Below, piece after piece: positions 59,130-64,000 of a DNA stretch of 64,000 bases; the stretch's first letter is position 1; every line of letters starts with the position of its first letter. Under the pieces are notes generated by a model, which was not told where the DNA came from, ran no database searches, and saw only the letters and a list, made by a program, of their open reading frames with translations. Source of the stretch: Minisyncoccota bacterium (GTDB taxonomy: Bacteria; Patescibacteriota; Minisyncoccia; UBA6257; GWB1-50-10); NCBI GenBank assembly GCA_041917695.1, contig JAYRXE010000037.1, positions 536,173-600,172 on the forward strand, given 5' to 3'. Made by a program: the position numbers and the translations under genes.

Positions 59130-59216
59130 CGGAGGCGGAAGGATTCGAACCTTCGGTCCGGTTCCCCGGACAACTTCTTAGCAGGAAGTTGCTTTCGACC
59201 GCTCAGCCACGCCTCC
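59130..59216 (-). tRNA. tRNA-Ser(GCT)
   Basis: Cloverleaf with long variable arm and ctGCTaa loop. Confidence 0.93.
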
Positions 59217-59348
59217 GTTATCTTTAAACGTGGAAGAAAACGTTTCCTAACACGCACGAATAATCTTCGCTAATTTTCACTTCAAAATCAAATTTCCTTG
59301 AATTCATGCGGTTTTACTGGTATTGTAGGAAGGCTCTATTTAACTCTC

Positions 59349-60770
<1,422 letters not shown>

Positions 60771-60773
60771 AAC

Positions 60774-61118
60774 ATGCGTCCCCATAGAAATCTGAAAGTC
60801 GGGAGCGTCATCGAACACGAGCTTTCCATCCTCCTTGCGCGAGAATTCGAGCTTCCCGGGGTGCTTATTACTGTCACTTCCGTAGATGTGGCGACGGATT
60901 TGCTCCATGCCAAGGTGCGCGTCGCCATCATCCCCTACGACAAGGAGATCGAGGCGTACGAGGAGCTCCAAAAGAAACGGGCGCGCATTGAGCATGCCAT
61001 CTACAAAAAAATAAATATCCGCCCGTTCCCGAAATTCGAATTCCTTATTGATTCCCCCGCGGAAAAAGTGAAAATAAAGACCAGGGGGAAAAAGAAAGGT
61101 GAAGTAGTGAAATGGTAA
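60774..61118 (+). CDS. rbfA: Ribosome-binding factor A
   Basis: ITVTSV.V..DL.HAKV and IRPFP.FEF motifs; follows infB. Confidence 0.88.
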   Translation: MRPHRNLKVGSVIEHELSILLAREFELPGVLITVTSVDVATDLLHAKVRVAIIPYDKEIEAYEELQKKRARIEHAIYKKINIRPFPKFEFLIDSPAEKVKIKTRGKKKGEVVKW

Positions 61119-61168
61119 GCCAAGTGGCGCCTGCCTGCGCAGGCAGGAAGTGGTAACGCAGCAGTCTG
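61119..61168 (+). pseudogene. Degenerate 5' half of tRNA-Cys interrupted by an 18-bp palindrome
   Basis: GCCAAGTGGCG[CCTGCCTGCGCAGGCAGG]AAGTGGTAACGCAGCAGTCTG versus intact GCCAGGTGGCGAAGTGGTAACGCAGCGGTCTG. Confidence 0.7.
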
Positions 61169-61199
61169 TCTCTCGGCGGGAAATTTAAGAAATAAATAT

Positions 61200-61271
61200 G
61201 GCCAGGTGGCGAAGTGGTAACGCAGCGGTCTGCAAAACCGCCATGCGCGGGTTCAATTCCCGCCCTGGCCT
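61200..61271 (+). tRNA. tRNA-Cys(GCA)
   Basis: Cloverleaf with ctGCAaa loop and U73. Confidence 0.93.
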
Positions 61272-61339
61272 CAAGAAAAAATCATCGAGAAACTTCTCGG
61301 TGATTTTTTATAGTTCCTGCAAGCGATAAAAAAACCGCT

Positions 61340-61570
61340 CTAAAGCGGCTTAAAATTCTCATTTGCATCTTCGTCTTCAGACACGTCTTCCATAAGCTCC
61401 CATTGAGTCCAATACTGACTATCTACGGGATATTTCCACGAGCGAATCAGCAAAATGTGGTACTGTCTCATTTCCCTATTGCGTTCTGCATCAACCCATT
61501 TTTTTCTCGGAATACTAATGACCGTTCCTTCCTGGAAAATGGCTTTACGCCCGGAAAACGGCCTTCCCAA
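61340..61570 (-). CDS. Possible short orphan or gene remnant
   Basis: Frame stays open to about 61640 without a good start codon; lower GC. Confidence 0.3.
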   Translation of the reverse strand: MGRPFSGRKAIFQEGTVISIPRKKWVDAERNREMRQYHILLIRSWKYPVDSQYWTQWELMEDVSEDEDANENFKPL

Positions 61571-61664
61571 AAAAACATCCGGAACGTCCGGCGAGGTAAT
61601 TCTGTTGAAGACGACCTCTCTTTCTATCAGGGTAAATTTCTATCCTTATCCTACTCCTCCCGTC

Positions 61665-62330
61665 CTATATCTTCAAAACCGAAAGGCCCGTCGCGTAGAG
61701 CGCATACCCGCCGAAAAGGAAGACGAGGGCCACCGCCAGCAAAAAGGGCGCTCCAAGCGTCGTATACGGCTCTCGGAAAGCGACTAGGCGGAAAAGCGAC
61801 ACGAGGATTACCGATATAAAAGCGGCTGCGATAAAAATCACAAAGCCGGGCCACCCGACCAAAAGAACGGCAAGCGCGCCGAGCTCGATTTCCCCTATCT
61901 CGAAAAATCGCGCCTTCCATTTTTGGAGCGCCTTGAGGAAGAGATAGAAAATAAAGGCGCAAAGGAAAACGATGAACACGTTCAGCCAGAACCGGCCGTA
62001 TGAATAGAAGAGGAAGTATCCGAGCTTCCCGAAAAAGAACGGGAAACCCTTCAAGCTTTCGGCGATGGGGCTCGTCGCCGAGATTCCCTGCTCGAGGAAA
62101 ATGCGCGTCGCAGGGTCTTTCGCCCACACGTAATACTGCGCAAGCGTAAGCCCCGCCACATTGAGCAGGCGGAAACCCGCAGTCGCAAAGAGCGTGCGCT
62201 TTATTTTCTTCCGGAAAGCCTCCCCGCTTTCCTTTGCGCGGAAGAAAAGGTACGCGACGTATAGAAAAGCTCCGCCGAAGAAAACAGGCGGAGCAATAGA
62301 AAAGATTTTCTGCAGGACCTCGACCGGCAT
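61665..62330 (-). CDS. Prepilin-peptidase-like membrane protein (divergent A24 C-terminus)
   Basis: IGEIELG..LLVGWP and LGAPFL resemble the PilD C-terminus; follows a pilin gene. Confidence 0.6.
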   Translation of the reverse strand: MPVEVLQKIFSIAPPVFFGGAFLYVAYLFFRAKESGEAFRKKIKRTLFATAGFRLLNVAGLTLAQYYVWAKDPATRIFLEQGISATSPIAESLKGFPFFFGKLGYFLFYSYGRFWLNVFIVFLCAFIFYLFLKALQKWKARFFEIGEIELGALAVLLVGWPGFVIFIAAAFISVILVSLFRLVAFREPYTTLGAPFLLAVALVFLFGGYALYATGLSVLKI

Positions 62331-62334
62331 TGGA

Positions 62335-63021
62335 TTAGAAATCCGTACCGACGCCGAGAATGGAAAGATTCGTGCCCACTTCGTAATAACTCGAATTGTT
62401 GCCGCCGTCGCGCGTCATCTTATTGTCTTCAGAAGTGAAGGCGAGCGATTCAAGGACGGCATCGATCTCGAAAGTAAGATCCGATTCGCTGCAGGCATAG
62501 CGGTATACCTTATCGCCGCTGCCGATGCCAGAACCCGACGAAACCGAGTTCACGGGATCAACCGGCAAGTTTGAGATCGGAGACCCTCCGGAAAGCGTTG
62601 CGAGCGAAACCGGAATCCAGCCGCTGCCGTCGGTCAGGGCGTTCGTCGCCGAAGAAGTCGCCTGTGCCGGTGCCGGGATGCTCGTGCTCCCCCCGTCGAG
62701 CGTCGTGTCGTTCAGCGTTATCGTATCGTCGTTTACGCTGTAAAAAATCTTGTCTCCGGAAGCCCAGGAAGAGGTCGCCGAGGTCTTACAGCCGTCGTTT
62801 GTGGCAACACCCGCAAGATAGGGGGTCGTTTTCGTCGTCACAAAGATAGCGAGGGCGTTTTTCATGGTCGCCAGGTCGGCGAAGCGCTGTGCATCGCGGG
62901 TTTTCCTCAGGGTTTCAGCAGGGTTAAGGACAAAAAGAACCGCGAGCGCCAAAATAGAGATGACGACCACGACGATAAGCAATTCAAGCAGGGTAAATCC
63001 CTGTTCACTGGTTCTCTTCAT
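62335..63021 (-). CDS. Type IV pilin-like protein
   Basis: QG/FTLLELLIVV, LNPAE....RDAQR and LPVDP motifs. Confidence 0.88.
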   Translation of the reverse strand: MKRTSEQGFTLLELLIVVVVISILALAVLFVLNPAETLRKTRDAQRFADLATMKNALAIFVTTKTTPYLAGVATNDGCKTSATSSWASGDKIFYSVNDDTITLNDTTLDGGSTSIPAPAQATSSATNALTDGSGWIPVSLATLSGGSPISNLPVDPVNSVSSGSGIGSGDKVYRYACSESDLTFEIDAVLESLAFTSEDNKMTRDGGNNSSYYEVGTNLSILGVGTDF

Positions 63022-63130
63022 CGAAAAAATCGCAGGGAGCGAATATGGGCTTAGTATAGCAAAACGCCATGGAAAACGCGAACTTGTAAACGCGCGGCGC
63101 GCGCCCTATGCTGAAATCCGTAACAACACG

Positions 63131-63215
63131 GCCCAGGTGGCGAAATGGTAAACGCGAGAGACTTAAAATCTCTTGCCGGTTAAACGGCTTGTCGGTTCGA
63201 GTCCGACTCTGGGCA
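63131..63215 (+). tRNA. tRNA-Leu(TAA)
   Basis: Cloverleaf with variable arm and ctTAAaa loop. Confidence 0.93.
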
Positions 63216-63294
63216 CACAAAAACAAAAATTAGGGTTGGTGAAATAAAAAAGCCGCTCACTTCTGAGACGGCTAAAATTTTTGAGAGAACAGTA

Positions 63295-63645
63295 TCATGT
63301 GGCAATCACAAAAATTGAGTTTCCGAATATTTCTTTCTTTTTAATACGCAGCTTCCCGAGCGTTTTGTTGTTACCGCCGGAAAATGTGAAAATTGAGTCT
63401 AAGAGAGCATATACTTTATCTAATTTCCTTTGATTTCTTTTTGATTCAAGACCCTCAAAGCGGGCATCCATCCATCTTTTCTTTTTATTCTGGATTACGA
63501 ATTCGGCGTTAAAAGTCACCCTCTTCGACTCAAGATTTAGGTATCCTTCTCGTTTAATCCCGAGAAGTTTTTCTTTTGGGATATCAAGTATTTCCAGAAG
63601 ACTCAGTAATGCTATTTCTGCTTTCAAGAAAGTTTTTTTGTCCAT
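63295..63645 (-). CDS. AT-rich Lys-rich orphan protein (116 aa)
   Basis: Own promoter TTGACA-18-TATTCT (63693-63722) with a dyad in the spacer. Confidence 0.65.
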   Translation of the reverse strand: MDKKTFLKAEIALLSLLEILDIPKEKLLGIKREGYLNLESKRVTFNAEFVIQNKKKRWMDARFEGLESKRNQRKLDKVYALLDSIFTFSGGNNKTLGKLRIKKKEIFGNSIFVIAT

Positions 63646-63781
63646 AAAGTAATTTTTTAATTTTTAAACTGTTTTGATTTTAAACTAAAAATAGAATACC
63701 ATATCCATATGATATTTGTCAATCTATTCACAATTTACACACGAAAGCGCACCTGAATCTCTCAAGTGGCTTGTTGTCGCT

Positions 63782-64000
63782 TTATTGCTTCTTATCCGAA
63801 ACGATAATGCCGTCTTTCAACGTCACCACCCGCTTCGCATGGCGGGCATATTCGTTTTCGTGGGTCACCATGACGATGGTCTGCCCTTCCCTATGGAGAT
63901 CGAGAAATGCCTGCATCACCACATCACCGTTTGCCGAATCGAGGTTCGCGGTCGGTTCGTCGGCAAAAAGGATTTGCGGATTGTGGGCAATAGCCCGCGC
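63782..64000 (-). CDS. ABC transporter ATP-binding protein (LolD/MacB-like), C-terminal part
   Basis: Manual translation ARAIAHNPQILFADEPTANLD..TIVMVTHE..LKDG. Confidence 0.9.
   Translation of the reverse strand, partial: ARAIAHNPQILFADEPTANLDSANGDVVMQAFLDLHREGQTIVMVTHENEYARHAKRVVTLKDGIIVSDKKQ

Overview
This is a 64 kb chromosomal segment of a Patescibacteria (CPR, most likely Parcubacteria/Paceibacteria) genome in the standard genetic code. The assignment is inferred from an N-terminally truncated IF2, a type IV pilus/ComF locus without PilQ, CPR-type surface proteins and mostly leaderless core genes. The window carries housekeeping genes (gatCA, ligA, clpP, tyrS, a single-chain mitochondrial-type PheRS, infB, rbfA, arfB), 12 tRNAs, two ECF sigma/anti-sigma pairs and an ApbE flavinylation locus. 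Four things stand out. (1) About 12 solitary, often AT-rich genes use different expression signals from the core genes: -35/-10 promoter, long AT-rich leader, AAGGAG/GGAGG Shine-Dalgarno and usually their own terminator. They include two proteins with Ignavibacteria/FCB-type T9SS C-terminal sorting domains and an orphan FabH, so they may be a host-derived or host-directed gene set. (2) One member is an unannotated 25-aa Pro/Arg-rich peptide resembling ribosome-targeting PrAMPs. (3) Homologous, roughly 150-bp multi-hairpin elements with a duplicated tRNA 3' end lie behind tRNA-Glu and tRNA-Ser. (4) A wHTH-wHTH-HEPN-like three-gene operon near tRNA-Ser is a candidate defence system. No CRISPR, rRNA, integrase or transposase was seen. 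All family calls come from motif recognition by eye; no searches were run.
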